Shown one piece after another: positions 1 through 10,520 of a stretch of DNA of 32,000 bases. Source of the DNA: Mesoplasma florum L1 (GTDB lineage: Bacteria; Bacillota_I; Bacilli_A; Mycoplasmatales; Mycoplasmataceae); the NCBI RefSeq assembly GCF_000008305.1, contig NC_006055.1, forward strand, positions 240,001 through 272,000, given 5' to 3'. The position numbers were made by a program, and so were the translations under genes. Every line of letters begins with the position of its first letter. The first letter of the stretch is position 1. The notes beneath the pieces are model-generated. The model worked only from the letters and a program-made list of their open reading frames with translations, was not told the DNA's origin and did not search any database.

Positions 1-43
1 ATGAACAAAGAAAATCTAAAAAATAGTAATATTTAAAAATAAA

Positions 44-70
44 ATGCTTATCGTAAGATAAGCATTTTTT
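44..70. terminator. Bidirectional intrinsic terminator at the 3' end of add
   Basis: Perfect 9-bp stem atgcttatc (44-52) / gataagcat (57-65) with loop gtaa. An A-run lies upstream and T-run 66-70 downstream, so it can terminate in both directions. Confidence 0.75.
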
Positions 71-1073
71 ATTTGAAGTAGTTTTCTATTTTTTCTTTTA
101 AATATTCTTTTTCTTCAGTATTAGTGAATGTTGAATTTAATGTTTTTAATAATAGATTTTTTCATTTTTCTTCAGATATTTTATTATTTTGATTAACTAA
201 AAGATAGTTATCATTCAAAGTTGTAGGTCCAAAATATGCAGGGTCATCAGAATTTATTGAAAAAGAAATATCATTGTCTAAGAAAACTTGAATAGGAAAT
301 GTTTTTGGGTCAAGTCAAGCTTTTGAGTAAAAATTAGGCAAAGGACATAATGATAAATGTATTTCTTTTTCTTTAACTAATTTTAATGCTTCTAAACTTT
401 TATGAATATATAATCCATGATCAATTCTATCAGGGTTTAAAATATTTATAACCTCAATTGGGTCTTGTTCAAAACTATTTTCAGCAGCATGTGTTGTTAC
501 ATTTAAGCCTAGATTCCTTGCTTTATCAACAACTGGTTTAAAAATGGCTGCTCAGTTTTCAATTTCATTAGAATCAAAACCTATTCCAACAATTTTTTTA
601 TTTTCAATAGCAAGTTTTGACATATCTAAAATATTTAAAGCTTCATCAACGCTTTCATCTTTCAAAAAACACATAATTAACTTTGCTTTTAAATCAAGTT
701 CTTTTTCTGCTTTTTCTAAAGCTTGATACAAACCATCTATAACATCATCTAAATGAATGCCTCGTTTAATGTGAGGTTGTGGATCAAAGAAAATCTCAGT
801 ATAGATAACATTTTGTTTTTTTGCATTTTTCAAATGATTTCAAGCTAAATCAAAAAAGTCTTGTTGATTCTCTAAGACAGCCATATTTTTATAGTAGTCT
901 TTTAAAAAATCAGACAAACTAGTAAAAACGGGTGGCTTTGATAATTTTTCTAAGTACATAGGATCAAAATTTAATTGCTTTTGTTCAATTTTAGCTAAAA
1001 CTGTTTTAGCTTCTAAAGTCCCTTCTATATGTACATGTAATTCAATTTTTGGCATATTTTCAATATTTTTCAT
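69..1073 (-). CDS. add: Adenosine deaminase
   Basis: Joins track ORFs 840..1073 and 552..833, then continues through in-frame TGA codons to TAA (rc of 69-71); 334 aa. Family motifs present: PKIELHVHIEGT (HxH metal site), THAAE, DRIDHG, SINSDDPAYFG. SD-like AAGGAG lies upstream (rc of ~1078-1083). Confidence 0.9.
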
Positions 1074-1249
1074 ACAACTCCTTTATTTAAAAATATGAAC
1101 TTATAATATCAAAATACTAATAAACAAAAGGTATTTTTGAAACACAATATAATTACTTTTTTATGTTAAAATAAAAAAAATGTGTCGAATAAATATGAAT
1201 AATTTTTTATTTTATTCATTGTGATATTAGTCAAAATAGAGGTACTAAA

Positions 1250-2368
1250 ATGAATTGAAAAAACACTGAAAATAAGTTAAATGAATTTATAGATAATAAA
1301 TTATTTAATGGGGTTGTATTAAAAATAACTAATGAAAACAAAACAATTTATTTTAATAGTTTTGGGTATTCAAATCTTGAGGAAGAAGTTAAAATGAACA
1401 ATGACAACATATTTGCATTGTATTCAATGACAAAACCAATTACAGTTATTGCATGTTTACTATTGATACAAAGAGGATTATTATCTTTTGAAGATAAAAT
1501 TTGTTATTTTTACTCAGATTTTAATGAAGAAATTAAAATAAAGCATTTATTGAATATGACATCTGGATTGACTTATTTTTGAAATAACTCAGAAAGTGGA
1601 AAAGAAATTAAAGATGCTTTTGACTTGGTTGAAAATGAAAATATATCTTTACAAAATTTTTGTGAAAAAATTAGTAAAGCTAAGGTAATTTCTAAACCAG
1701 GAGCTGAGTGACATTATGGTGTTTCACTCGATATCATCGGTGGAATAATTGAAAAGATTTCAAATCAAGGATTTAATGATTTTGTTAATGAAAATATACT
1801 TGCACCTTTAGAGATGCAAGATACTGCTTTTTATATAAAAGATTTAAATAGAAAAACACAAGTATATGAATTTAAAAAAACAATAGATGGAAACAAATTA
1901 GTTTCTAATAAAGATTTTCATTTCCTTATGCCGTTTACAAATAAACAACCAGCAGCTTCATTGGGTGGCAGCGGATTATTTTCTACAGCTGATGATTACT
2001 CAAAGTTTTTGAATTTCTTAATAGATGGAAAAATCAATGGAATACAATATTTAGAATCTGAATTACTTGAAGAAATGAGAAGCGATCAATTAAAAGATAT
2101 CAAAGAAACTTTTAAATGAACTTTTAATAAAGATTATTCTTATGGATACGGAGTTAGAGTAAGATTGAGAAATGAATTAGACCCTTTAACAGAAATTGGG
2201 GAATTTGGTTGAGATGGAGCTTTAGGCAGTGCTGGGCTTGTTGACCCTAAGAATAATATAACAATGACCTTTTTAAGTTCTAGTTACCCAGGTAATAATA
2301 GAATTGTTCAAACAGAATTATTCGGTGCTGTTTATAAAGATTTAAGAGAACTTAACATAATAAAATAA
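1250..2368 (+). CDS. Beta-lactamase-fold serine hydrolase (class C / family VIII esterase-like)
   Basis: ATG at 1250. Frame is continuous with track ORFs 1394..1582 and 1814..2119 across TGA codons, ending at TAA 2366-2368; 372 aa. Has the SxxK nucleophile motif YSMTKPIT, then PGAEWHYGVSLDIIGGIIE, and GEFGWDGALGS near the C-terminus. Confidence 0.8.
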
Positions 2369-2369
2369 A

Positions 2370-2400
2370 AACCTAGTTATTTCTAACTAGGTTGTTTTTT
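2370..2400. terminator. Bidirectional intrinsic terminator shared by the hydrolase gene (+) and ssrA (-)
   Basis: Perfect 9-bp stem aacctagtt (2370-2378) / aactaggtt (2385-2393), loop atttct, T-run 2394-2400. An A/T-rich run on the other side serves the minus strand. Confidence 0.8.
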
Positions 2401-2408
2401 CTTAATAA

Positions 2409-2816
2409 TGGTGGAGATGGTGGGAATCGAACCCACGTCCAAAATACCGAATCATATAAATTCTACAGTTTAGATAATTTTCTAATTTGCTATATTAAAT
2501 AAAATTATCAAAAGACTAATATAACATCCGTAATTGAGTTTCAAAATTATTTATTACGATCATAATTTCTATTGGAATTGGTATGTACAATAATTAACAG
2601 ATTCCAAGACTATTAAAAATTGCCAAACGTATATTTGTATTTAAGTCAAATTAAGCGAAAGCGTAATTTGCTTGTCCAGCATTTAACATAAATGTTGGAA
2701 CTTCGTTTGTGTTTTCTTCGTTTTTGTTTGCATTTTATCAAACCTAGAAGTATTATGGTCTACCACACCACTGCTATTATATGACCAGAGTATCCTGTCG
2801 AAACCAGGACATCCCC
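2409..2816 (-). ncRNA. ssrA: tmRNA (transfer-messenger RNA, SsrA)
   Basis: The reverse complement starts GGGGATGTCCTGGTTTCGACAGGATA and ends GGACGTGGGTTCGATTCCCACCATCTCCACCA, which is the tRNA-Ala-like acceptor/T-arm with encoded CCA. The internal tag reading frame (rc of 2651..2731) encodes ANKNEENTNEVPTFMLNAGQANYAFA-stop. Confidence 0.95.
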
Positions 2817-2824
2817 ATAAATTT

Positions 2825-2833
2825 ATTATACAA
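2825..2833 (-). promoter_or_regulatory. Extended -10 promoter element for ssrA
   Basis: The reverse complement reads TTGTATAAT (TGnTATAAT). The mature tmRNA 5' G (2816) lies 8 nt after the hexamer. Confidence 0.5.
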
Positions 2834-2865
2834 TATATAAATAAGAAGTTCATGAAAGGTAAATT

Positions 2866-4272
2866 ATGTTGAAACTAGATCATATTGAAGAAATGCTTGA
2901 AAAAGCTTTAGAAGAAAAAGATGTTAAAAAAATAAGAAGTATTTCTAAGGAATTTCAATTTGTTGATTTTGCTGAGGCAATGGAACAATTTGAAAGTAAG
3001 AAAGTATTAAAAATATTTAGATTATTGGAGCTTGAAGAAGCTGCAGAGATTTTTACATATTTAGACTCTGAACATCAAGAATATATTATCGAAGCTTTTA
3101 CTAATACAGAAATACAAGAAATCTTAGATGAACTTTACACTGATGATATTGTTGATTTAATTGATGAAATGCCAAGTGAAGTTGTTAAAAAGATTTTAAA
3201 AGCAACCACAAAAGATGTTAGAAAAGAATTAAACAATATTCTTAAGTACAAAGAACATACTGCTGGTGCTATAATGAGTATCAACTTTACTGAACTTAAA
3301 GCGGATAATACCGTTGAAATGGCAATTAAAGCTATTAAACGTCGTCACGAAGACTATGATGAAATAGATGATTTATTTATTATTGATGAACAAAATAAAT
3401 TATTAGGTTGATTAGAATTAAAACAACTTTTAATAAATACACCAGAAACTAAACTTGAAAAAATAATGAATTCAAAAATTATTAGTGTTAACGTAGAAAT
3501 GGATCAAGAAGAAGTTGCTAACTATTTTAAACGCTATGATATAAATACATTACCTGTTGTAAATAAAAACCAACAATTAGTAGGTATTATAACTGTGGAT
3601 GATGTTATTGACGTATTAGTTGAAGAATCAACAGAAGATATTCAAAATTTTGCAGGTATTGATGCGGATAATGTTGAATCAGATTACTTTGAAACAAGTA
3701 TATTTAAAATGTATAAATCTAGAATTGTATGATTATCAATTTTATTATTAATTGGAATAGTTACACATGTTATTATGTTAATTATGTTTAACCTAGTTGA
3801 TGGATTAAAAAACTTATCTTCAGGTAGAGAAATGATTATGATGATACCAATATTAATTGTTTTAGCTGGTGTATCTGGTAATATAGCGAATCAATCATCA
3901 TTAATGATGATAAGATCATTAGCTTTAAACCAAGTTCATAAAAAAGAAATTAAAACTATTTTTATAAAAGAGTTAATAGTTGGTTTCTTACTGGGTATAA
4001 CATTATCGTTTATAAATGTAATTAGATTATTGATTATATATGCTATACAGGGCGGTGGCTCAATTAATCATATGGAATGAATGGTTATCTTGTTTTCAAC
4101 TTTAGGAATTTTAGTTGTAGTTATGCTAGCTAATTTATTGGGTATTTTACTACCACTAATATTGAAAAAAATAAAAAGAGATCCAACAATTGCATCTTCA
4201 CCATTAATAACTAGTTTAGTTGATATAATGTGTGTACTTGTATTTATTGGGTTTGCATTAATTATAGTTTAG
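2866..4272 (+). CDS. mgtE: Magnesium transporter MgtE
   Basis: Four track ORFs (2866, 3466, 3775, 4081) share frame 1 and are joined by TGA=Trp; 468 aa. N-terminal MgtE-N domain, CBS-pair region (INTLPVVNKNQQLVGIITVDDVIDVL) and a C-terminal multi-TM domain. Confidence 0.9.
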
Positions 4273-4280
4273 GAGAAAAT

Positions 4281-4952
4281 ATGAGATTAAGAAATAAACC
4301 TTGAGTAAAGGAATATTTAGAAAAAAATGATAAATATTTAATTAGTTGAGATAAAGAAACAAAAATTAATTTATCTGATTTATTCAATAATAAAAAGCAA
4401 CCAGTTCACTTAGAAATTGGCTGTGGTAAAGGAAATTTTATTACAAACCATGCATTAAAAGAATCAGATATTAATTTTATTGGAATGGAAAAAGAAGAAA
4501 CTGTTGTTGGAGTAGCATTGAAAAAAACTTTAGCAGAATTTGAACAAAGAAATAAAGAAGTAACTAATTTAAAGTACTTTAATGATTTTGCTGAAGACTT
4601 ATCAGATATTTTTGCCCCATCATCAATTGATAAAATTTATTTAAACTTTTCTGATCCTTGACCAAAGGCTCGACATTCTAAAAAAAGACTTACATATAGA
4701 ACATTTTTAGACATATATGCCAACATAATAAAATCTCATGGAATACTTGAGTTTAAAACAGATAATGATGGATTATTTGCTTTTTCATTAGAAGAGATAG
4801 CTGAAAATAAAAACTGAGAACTTATATATCAAACAACTGATTTATATTCAGATATTGAGGCTTTAAAAAATAATATACCTACTGAATATGAGACAAAATT
4901 TCATACAGCTGGTAAAAATATAAATAAATTAATTATTAAAAAAACTTTTTAG
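4281..4952 (+). CDS. trmB: tRNA (guanine46-N7)-methyltransferase TrmB
   Basis: Not in the ORF track because it contains 4 in-frame TGA codons. ATG at 4281 follows AGGAGAAAAT. Sequence MRLRNKPWVKEYL..., SAM motif [10 protein letters not shown], and the conserved [14 protein letters not shown] with its Trp encoded by TGA 4659-4661. TAG at 4950-4952; 223 aa. Confidence 0.9.
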
Positions 4953-4978
4953 AAACTTGGAGAAATCCAAGTTTTTTT
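4953..4978 (+). terminator. Intrinsic terminator after trmB
   Basis: Stem aaacttgg (4953-4960) / ccaagttt (4967-4974), loop agaaat, then a T-run to 4978. Confidence 0.75.
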
Positions 4979-5005
4979 ATTAATAATATCAAGAGGTGGT
5001 TTATC

Positions 5006-6349
5006 GTGAATCTAATTCTTACATTTTTATTTTTTATATTTAGTTTTAATCAAAATATTAATTTTAAATCAGGACCAAAAATAAATAATCAAAAAATTTT
5101 TAAAAATGAAATAGAGTATCCATCAAAAATGTATTCTACAAACATAAATTTTAATCAAAATTTAAATAATGGAGATTTATGGCATTCAAATTATAATTAT
5201 ACATTTGTTGTTAATTTAACTGATTTCAAAAAGTATACTTTTGAGTATTATAATTTTAAAATAGAGTATCAAATACTTGAAAGAATAATTGATAAAAACA
5301 ATAATGTAATTTCAACAAAAAATGGTATTTCATTATTAGTTAGAAATGAAATATCTTCAAAAGCTAAAATAAATAACTATGTATTAGAAGAAATTGGAAC
5401 ATCAAATAAAATTGAATATCAAAGTTTTTTAATGGCAGATTTAGAAATAAAACAAGATTATAAATTAACAACAATAATTACAAATAACCGTGCCAAAGAG
5501 GCTGCAATTAAATCTACAAATTTGTTTAAACAAAGAACTTTAAGTGTTAGTCAAATTGAAGTTTTTTTAATTCCTAAAATAGACTACGAAATTTTTGATA
5601 ATCAAAGTTTAGAAGTAAAATATGATCCTTCAAAAATGCCAAATAGTATTGATAATATTAATAAAGAATTGAATAATAAATTATTACAAATGATAGATCA
5701 ACTAAATTTAAATTCTCAAATTTTTTTCTATTTCTTTTCTGGAATTCAACTGTCAAATAATAATTTAAATGATTTATCAGAAATTACCCCAAATTTGATA
5801 AAGACAATGGAGATTGAAGTTTCAAAAAGCTATATTATAGAGAAAGATGCTTTTCTTAAACCATTAACTCCCTTAAAACTAAAAGTAATTTTTTTACAAA
5901 CTTTTAATATCACCAATATAGGACTAGCAAAAGAAATTTTTGTTGAAAATTATTCTATTGTAAACAAAGAATTTTTAATTTCGAAATTTGACTCACTTGC
6001 ATTTTTATTTGATGATATTCTTTTTATTGAAAAAGAAAGAGAAGATAAATGAATTATAGATGTAAAATATAAATATAAAACCTATATTTATGGAACCTTA
6101 GAAATTAATATACACCTATACTCTAATAATTGAAATGAATCAAATAATGAGAACATAGATAGTGAAAACCCATCTTGAATTGATGGTGAAATATATGATG
6201 AAAATCCACAGTTTAAAAATATTAAAGAAAGTAAATACTTAAAATCTATAATTTTATTTTCTATCAGTATATTGATGTTTAGCTCAATATTGTTGCCAGA
6301 ATTATTAAAAAAACTAAAAAAGAAGCATAGAAAAAATGATAAAATATAA
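5006..6349 (+). CDS. Hypothetical bitopic membrane/surface protein (orphan)
   Basis: GTG start with SD AGAGGTGG (4992-4999) 6 nt upstream. Track ORF 5006..6052 continues through three TGA codons to TAA 6347-6349; 447 aa. N-terminal hydrophobic segment LILTFLFFIFSF, an Asn/Ile/Lys-rich body with no motif I recognise, then a C-terminal hydrophobic helix SIILFSISILMFSSILL followed by a basic tail KKLKKKHRKNDKI. Confidence 0.65.
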
Positions 6350-6375
6350 AAAGAAAATACTGAGGGCTTATTCAA

Positions 6376-7140
6376 ATGAGATATAAAATTCAATCAATGA
6401 GTGATATAGGTAGAGTAAGAAAATCAAACCAAGATTTTTTAGGCTACACTACAAACAACGAAGGTTGTCTTTTTGCTATTGTTTGTGATGGTATGGGTGG
6501 TCATGCTCACGGTGAATTAGCATCAAAAATGGCAGTTGAAACATTTATAAGATTATTTGAGAAAGAAACTTTTTTAGAAAAGGATGATAATCAAATAAAT
6601 CAATGATTAAGAGATTCTGTTAAACAAATAGTTCAAGAAATGAAAGATCATGTTGATGTTTTTTATGAAACACATGATATGGGTACAACTCTAACAGCAG
6701 TTCTTTTTGTAGAAAAAAAAGCTTTTGTAGTTAATATTGGAGATTCAAGAACATATAGATTAAAAGACGGAAAACTAAATCAAATCACAGTTGATCAAAA
6801 CTTGTGAAATGATAAAGATAATAGAGAAAAAAGAAAAGAAGAAATTAAAAACTATTTAGGTGCAAAATTTAATGAAATGACATATTGAAAAGTATTAACT
6901 AGTGCACTAGGGCCAAATAAAAATACTAAGATTGATACATATTTACTTAACGACAATGTAGGAACTTTTGTTTTAACAACTGATGGAGTTCATGATTATA
7001 TTGATGCTGAGACTTTTACTGAAATTTTAAGTTCAAAGAGAAGACTTAAATCAAAAGCTAAAGATATTATCGAATTTGCTATGAATAACTTTTCAACAGA
7101 TAACCTGTCTTTATTAATAGTAGAAATGATGGGTGAGTAA
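6376..7140 (+). CDS. prpC: PP2C-family Ser/Thr protein phosphatase
   Basis: Track ORF 6376..6606 extended through TGA codons to TAA 7138-7140; 254 aa. PP2C motifs: RKSNQDF, FAIVCDGMGGHAHGE, MGTTLTAV, NIGDSRTY, LTTDGVHD. Confidence 0.9.
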
Positions 7141-7141
7141 T

Positions 7142-8302
7142 ATGCAAGATGAAAAAAAATATACAAGAATAGATGAGATTCCAGTTGATTATTTTGCAAA
7201 TAAAAAAATAAGTGGAAACTATTTATTAATAAATGAAATAGGTAGAGGTACTTTTGGTTTAGTATATAAAGCTAAAGATTTGAGTAATCAAAACTATTCA
7301 AGTGAAAGTTTTTTAGCCATCAAGTTAATGTTTGTCCCAAATATCAAAAATGAAAATGATAGATTAAGAGAACAAGAAATAAGAGATGAAATTAAGAAAT
7401 ACTCTACTCAAATTTTTAATCCTAGAGTTGTCAAAATTCAAGATTATCTTCAATGAGAAAACTTTTTATTAATTGTAATGGAATATGTAGATGGTCAATC
7501 CTTACAAGACATGCTAAAAGAAAAAGACGGAACTTTAACTTTTGAAGAAATAATTTACTATTTTAGTGAAATAGCCTTAGGTCTTCAAGGAGTTCATGAT
7601 ATGAACATGATTCATCGTGATATAAAACCGGGAAATATTTTATTATCAAAAGACAAAAAAATAAAAATAACTGATTTTGGTATTTCTCATGTTAAAGGAT
7701 TTGTTTATGAAGGTGGAAATGCTAAAAAAACGCTAAAACCTTCTTCACCAGGAACTCCAAGATTTGCATCACCAGAACAATACATTGAAACAGATAGTTC
7801 TAGTGAAGATAAAGTTTCATTTCAATCAGATATTTATTCATTAGGTGTAATGATGTATGAAGCAACAACTGGAGTTGAACTGATAAAAATAAATGATCCA
7901 AGGTTATTTAAACCTCAAGATGACAAAGCTAGAAAAGATAGAAATTCATATTTGCTTGATCAAACTTTAGTTGCAGAAATTGTTTCACCATCAGTTATAA
8001 ATCCTTCAATTGATAAGAGTTTAGAATACATAATTATGAAATGTTTAGAAAAGAATGTGGCAGAAAGATATAAAACAGCCAATGAAGTTGCAAGAGATTT
8101 AAAAGCAATTGGTAGAGGCGAAAAAATAATAATTAAAAAAAGTAAAAATGAGCCTTACAGAACTGATAGCATCAAAAAATTAGAAAATGAAAATAAAAAA
8201 TTTAATACATTTATTTCAACTTTTATTAATGCTAAAGTTGTTCCTATAGTAGCTTGCATTTTTATAATATTCGTTTTATTAATTTTTGTTTTAATTTGAT
8301 AG
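7142..8302 (+). CDS. prkC: Hanks-type Ser/Thr protein kinase with a C-terminal TM anchor and no PASTA domains
   Basis: Motifs GRGTFGLVYKAKD, AIKLM, HRDIKPGNILL, ITDFGIS, GTPRFASPEQ. Track ORFs 7133..7456 and 7478..8299 are joined by TGA. The final codons are TGA (Trp) then TAG 8300-8302. The ATG at 7142 is preceded by GGGTGAG; the in-frame GTG at 7133 is an alternative start. The protein ends inside its only TM helix (VVPIVACIFIIFVLLIFVLIW). Confidence 0.88.
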
Positions 8303-8311
8303 GAGGTAAAA

Positions 8312-9208
8312 ATGAAGGGAAAAATTATTCAAATAGATAGTAATGTCAGTTTTATTCTTACAGAAGAGCAAAAAATATATGAAGTATTCATAAAGGGCAA
8401 TGTAAAAAAAGAAATAAAACCTTTAGTTGGTGATGATGTTGAATTCGAACTTATTGAAAATGAAAAAGGGAATATTACAAAAATTCTTTCAAGGAAGAAT
8501 GAAATATACAGACCGCGTATCGCAAATGTTGATCAAGTTATTATTGTAACATCACTATTTGAACCCCTTTTTGCTTCATATATTTTAAATAAATATATTT
8601 TTATGATTGAAGCAAAAAAAATAAAACCTATCCTTCTTTTTACAAAAAATGAGCTGTTAGTTAAAACTAAATATTATGATGAAGTAACAAACAAAATTAA
8701 TTCTTATAAAGAATTAGGGTATGAAATTGTTGTTTTAGATAATATTGAAAATAAGAACTATTTAAATGAAATAGATAATTTAAGAAAAAAAATGATTGAT
8801 AAGGTTTCTTTTTTTACAGGACAAACAGGTGCTGGAAAATCAACTACTCTTAATAATTATTTATTCCAATATCAAATTAAAACAAATGAAATATCTCTTA
8901 AATTGAATAGAGGTAAACATACTACTACAAATGTTAAAATTTATAATTTACCAGATAATATTTTAATAGCTGATACACCAGGTTTTTCAAGTTTTGAATT
9001 AGTTAATTTGGAAATAGAAGATATTTTAAGAACATCTAAGATTTTAAACAATTTTAACAATGACTGTAAATTTATAGATTGCATACATATTCATGAAAAA
9101 AAATGTGGTGTAAAAGAAGCTGTTGAACAAAATAAAATACCAGTTTTTATATACGAAGATTATAAAAAGATATATGAAGAAATATCAAACAGAAAGGTAA
9201 AATACTAA
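8312..9208 (+). CDS. rsgA: Ribosome small-subunit biogenesis GTPase RsgA (YjeQ/CpgA)
   Basis: Intact 298-aa ORF after AGGAGGTAAAA. N-terminal OB region, circularly permuted GTPase (FTKNEL ... GQTGAGKST ... DTPGF) and a C-terminal Zn knuckle CKFIDCIHIHEKKCGV. Confidence 0.9.
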   Translation: MKGKIIQIDSNVSFILTEEQKIYEVFIKGNVKKEIKPLVGDDVEFELIENEKGNITKILSRKNEIYRPRIANVDQVIIVTSLFEPLFASYILNKYIFMIEAKKIKPILLFTKNELLVKTKYYDEVTNKINSYKELGYEIVVLDNIENKNYLNEIDNLRKKMIDKVSFFTGQTGAGKSTTLNNYLFQYQIKTNEISLKLNRGKHTTTNVKIYNLPDNILIADTPGFSSFELVNLEIEDILRTSKILNNFNNDCKFIDCIHIHEKKCGVKEAVEQNKIPVFIYEDYKKIYEEISNRKVKY

Positions 9209-9879
9209 TGCAAAAAATAACAATAGCTCCTAGTTTTTTATCAGCTAATTTTGCAGATTTAAAAAATGAAATAAAAAGATGTAAAGAAGCTAACATTGAA
9301 TGAATACATTATGATGTTATGGATTATGATTTTGTTCCTAATTTAACATTTGGATCAAAAGTTTTAAAAGATATCGTTAATTCAAGCGACTTTAAAATTG
9401 ATATACACTTTATGGTTAAAGTAAAAACAAAAAGGTTTGAAGACTTTTTTTCAGAATACATTAAATGTAAACCTACTATGATGACAATGCATGTTGAATC
9501 AATGTCTAAAAAAGAAATAAATATGTTTTATAACATATGTAAAACAAATAATATAATGTTTAGTTTAGCTGTTTCACCAAAGACAAATATAAAAGTTTTA
9601 AATAAATGAATAGATAAATTAGAAAACATCTTGATAATGAGTGTAGAGCCAGGATTTGGTGGTCAATCATTCATTCCCGAAGTTTTAGAAAAAGTAAAAC
9701 ATTTAGCTGAATTGAAAAAAACAAATGGATACACTTATTCTATTGAAATTGATGGTGGAATTAATGATGAAACTAGTAAAAAAGCTATCGATGCAGGTGT
9801 AGAAATGATAGTTGCAGGAAGCTATTTATTTGAAAGCAAAAACTTTTTAGAGAAAGTTGAATCTTTAAAACATGATTAA
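9208..9879 (+). CDS. rpe: Ribulose-phosphate 3-epimerase
   Basis: ATG at 9208 overlaps the rsgA stop (TAATG). Sequence MQKITIAPSFLSANFADL...IEWIHYDVMDYDFVPNLTFG, later MSVEPGFGGQSFIP and IEIDGGIN. Track ORFs 9319 and 9631 are in frame and joined by TGA; 223 aa. Confidence 0.9.
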
Positions 9880-10495
9880 AAATATTATTATTGTTGCAGC
9901 TAAAACAAACATAAATTTAAATATATTTAATAATGATGAATCTTTTATTATTGGTGTAGAGCGTGGTTGCTTAGATTTAATAGATAAAAAAATAAAAATA
10001 GATTTAGCTATATCTGATTTTGATCAAGTTCTTGATGAAGAAATTGAAATAATTAAATCTTATGCTAAAAAAATTAATATATTATCTAGTGAAAAAGATT
10101 ATTTAGATGGAGAAATTGCAATTATTGAAGCTAAGAAAATTTCTTCAACAGCAAATATAGTATTTATAGCAAATCCAACAAAAAGATATGACATGAATTT
10201 TTCAATTTTAAATTTAATATTTAAATATGGAATAAAATTAATGAACGATGAAAGTGTAATATTTAAATTGAATAAAGGGAAAACAGAACTAAGTTTTGAA
10301 AATTTTCAAGTATACACTTATGTAAGCTTCTTTTCTAAAGTTGATACTAAAATAACTTTAAAAAACTTAAAATATGAATGTGAAAACTTAGAATTAAAGG
10401 CTTGGGAAAATACATGTATTTCTAATGCAATAGTATTAAATAAAAACCCAATAATTTATTCTGATGATGAAATTATTTGCATTGCAACAAAATAA
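9872..10495 (+). CDS. thiN: Thiamine pyrophosphokinase
   Basis: 207-aa ORF overlapping rpe by 8 nt. Motifs GVERGCLDL...AISDFDQV, EKDYLDGEIAI and TCISNA match the TPK catalytic and B1-binding pattern. It occupies the position of B. subtilis thiN (yloS) after rpe. Confidence 0.8.
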   Translation: MIKNIIIVAAKTNINLNIFNNDESFIIGVERGCLDLIDKKIKIDLAISDFDQVLDEEIEIIKSYAKKINILSSEKDYLDGEIAIIEAKKISSTANIVFIANPTKRYDMNFSILNLIFKYGIKLMNDESVIFKLNKGKTELSFENFQVYTYVSFFSKVDTKITLKNLKYECENLELKAWENTCISNAIVLNKNPIIYSDDEIICIATK

Positions 10496-10520
10496 AAAAG
10501 GAATTAAATTTCCTTTTTTT
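10494..10520. terminator. Bidirectional terminator between convergent thiN and the 10504..10941 gene
   Basis: Stem aaaggaa (10497-10503) / ttccttt (10510-10516), extendable by flanking A/T runs, loop ttaaat. The stop codon of the minus-strand gene lies in the loop. Confidence 0.6.

Noticed and set aside
1-36. Possible 3' tail of an upstream plus-strand gene (frame 1 reads MNKENLKNSNI-stop)
   Set aside because: All three plus frames reach a stop before position 37 and there is too little sequence to choose a frame or product. The terminator at 44-70 is fully explained by add.
1074-1249. Possible purine riboswitch in the 176-nt add / hydrolase divergent region (add genes sometimes carry adenine riboswitches)
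   Set aside because: Neither strand contains the conserved purine-riboswitch loop and junction elements (UAUGG / CUACC-type segments). The region is nearly pure A/T with promoter-like boxes only. The 16-codon ORF at ~1180-1230 has no SD.
7133-7141. GTG 7133 as the prkC start, as given in the ORF track
   Set aside because: Not fully rejected. I annotated ATG 7142 because it is an ATG preceded by GGGTGAG, but GTG 7133 would reproduce the ATGAnTAA-type 8-nt overlap seen elsewhere. N-terminal proteomics is needed to decide.
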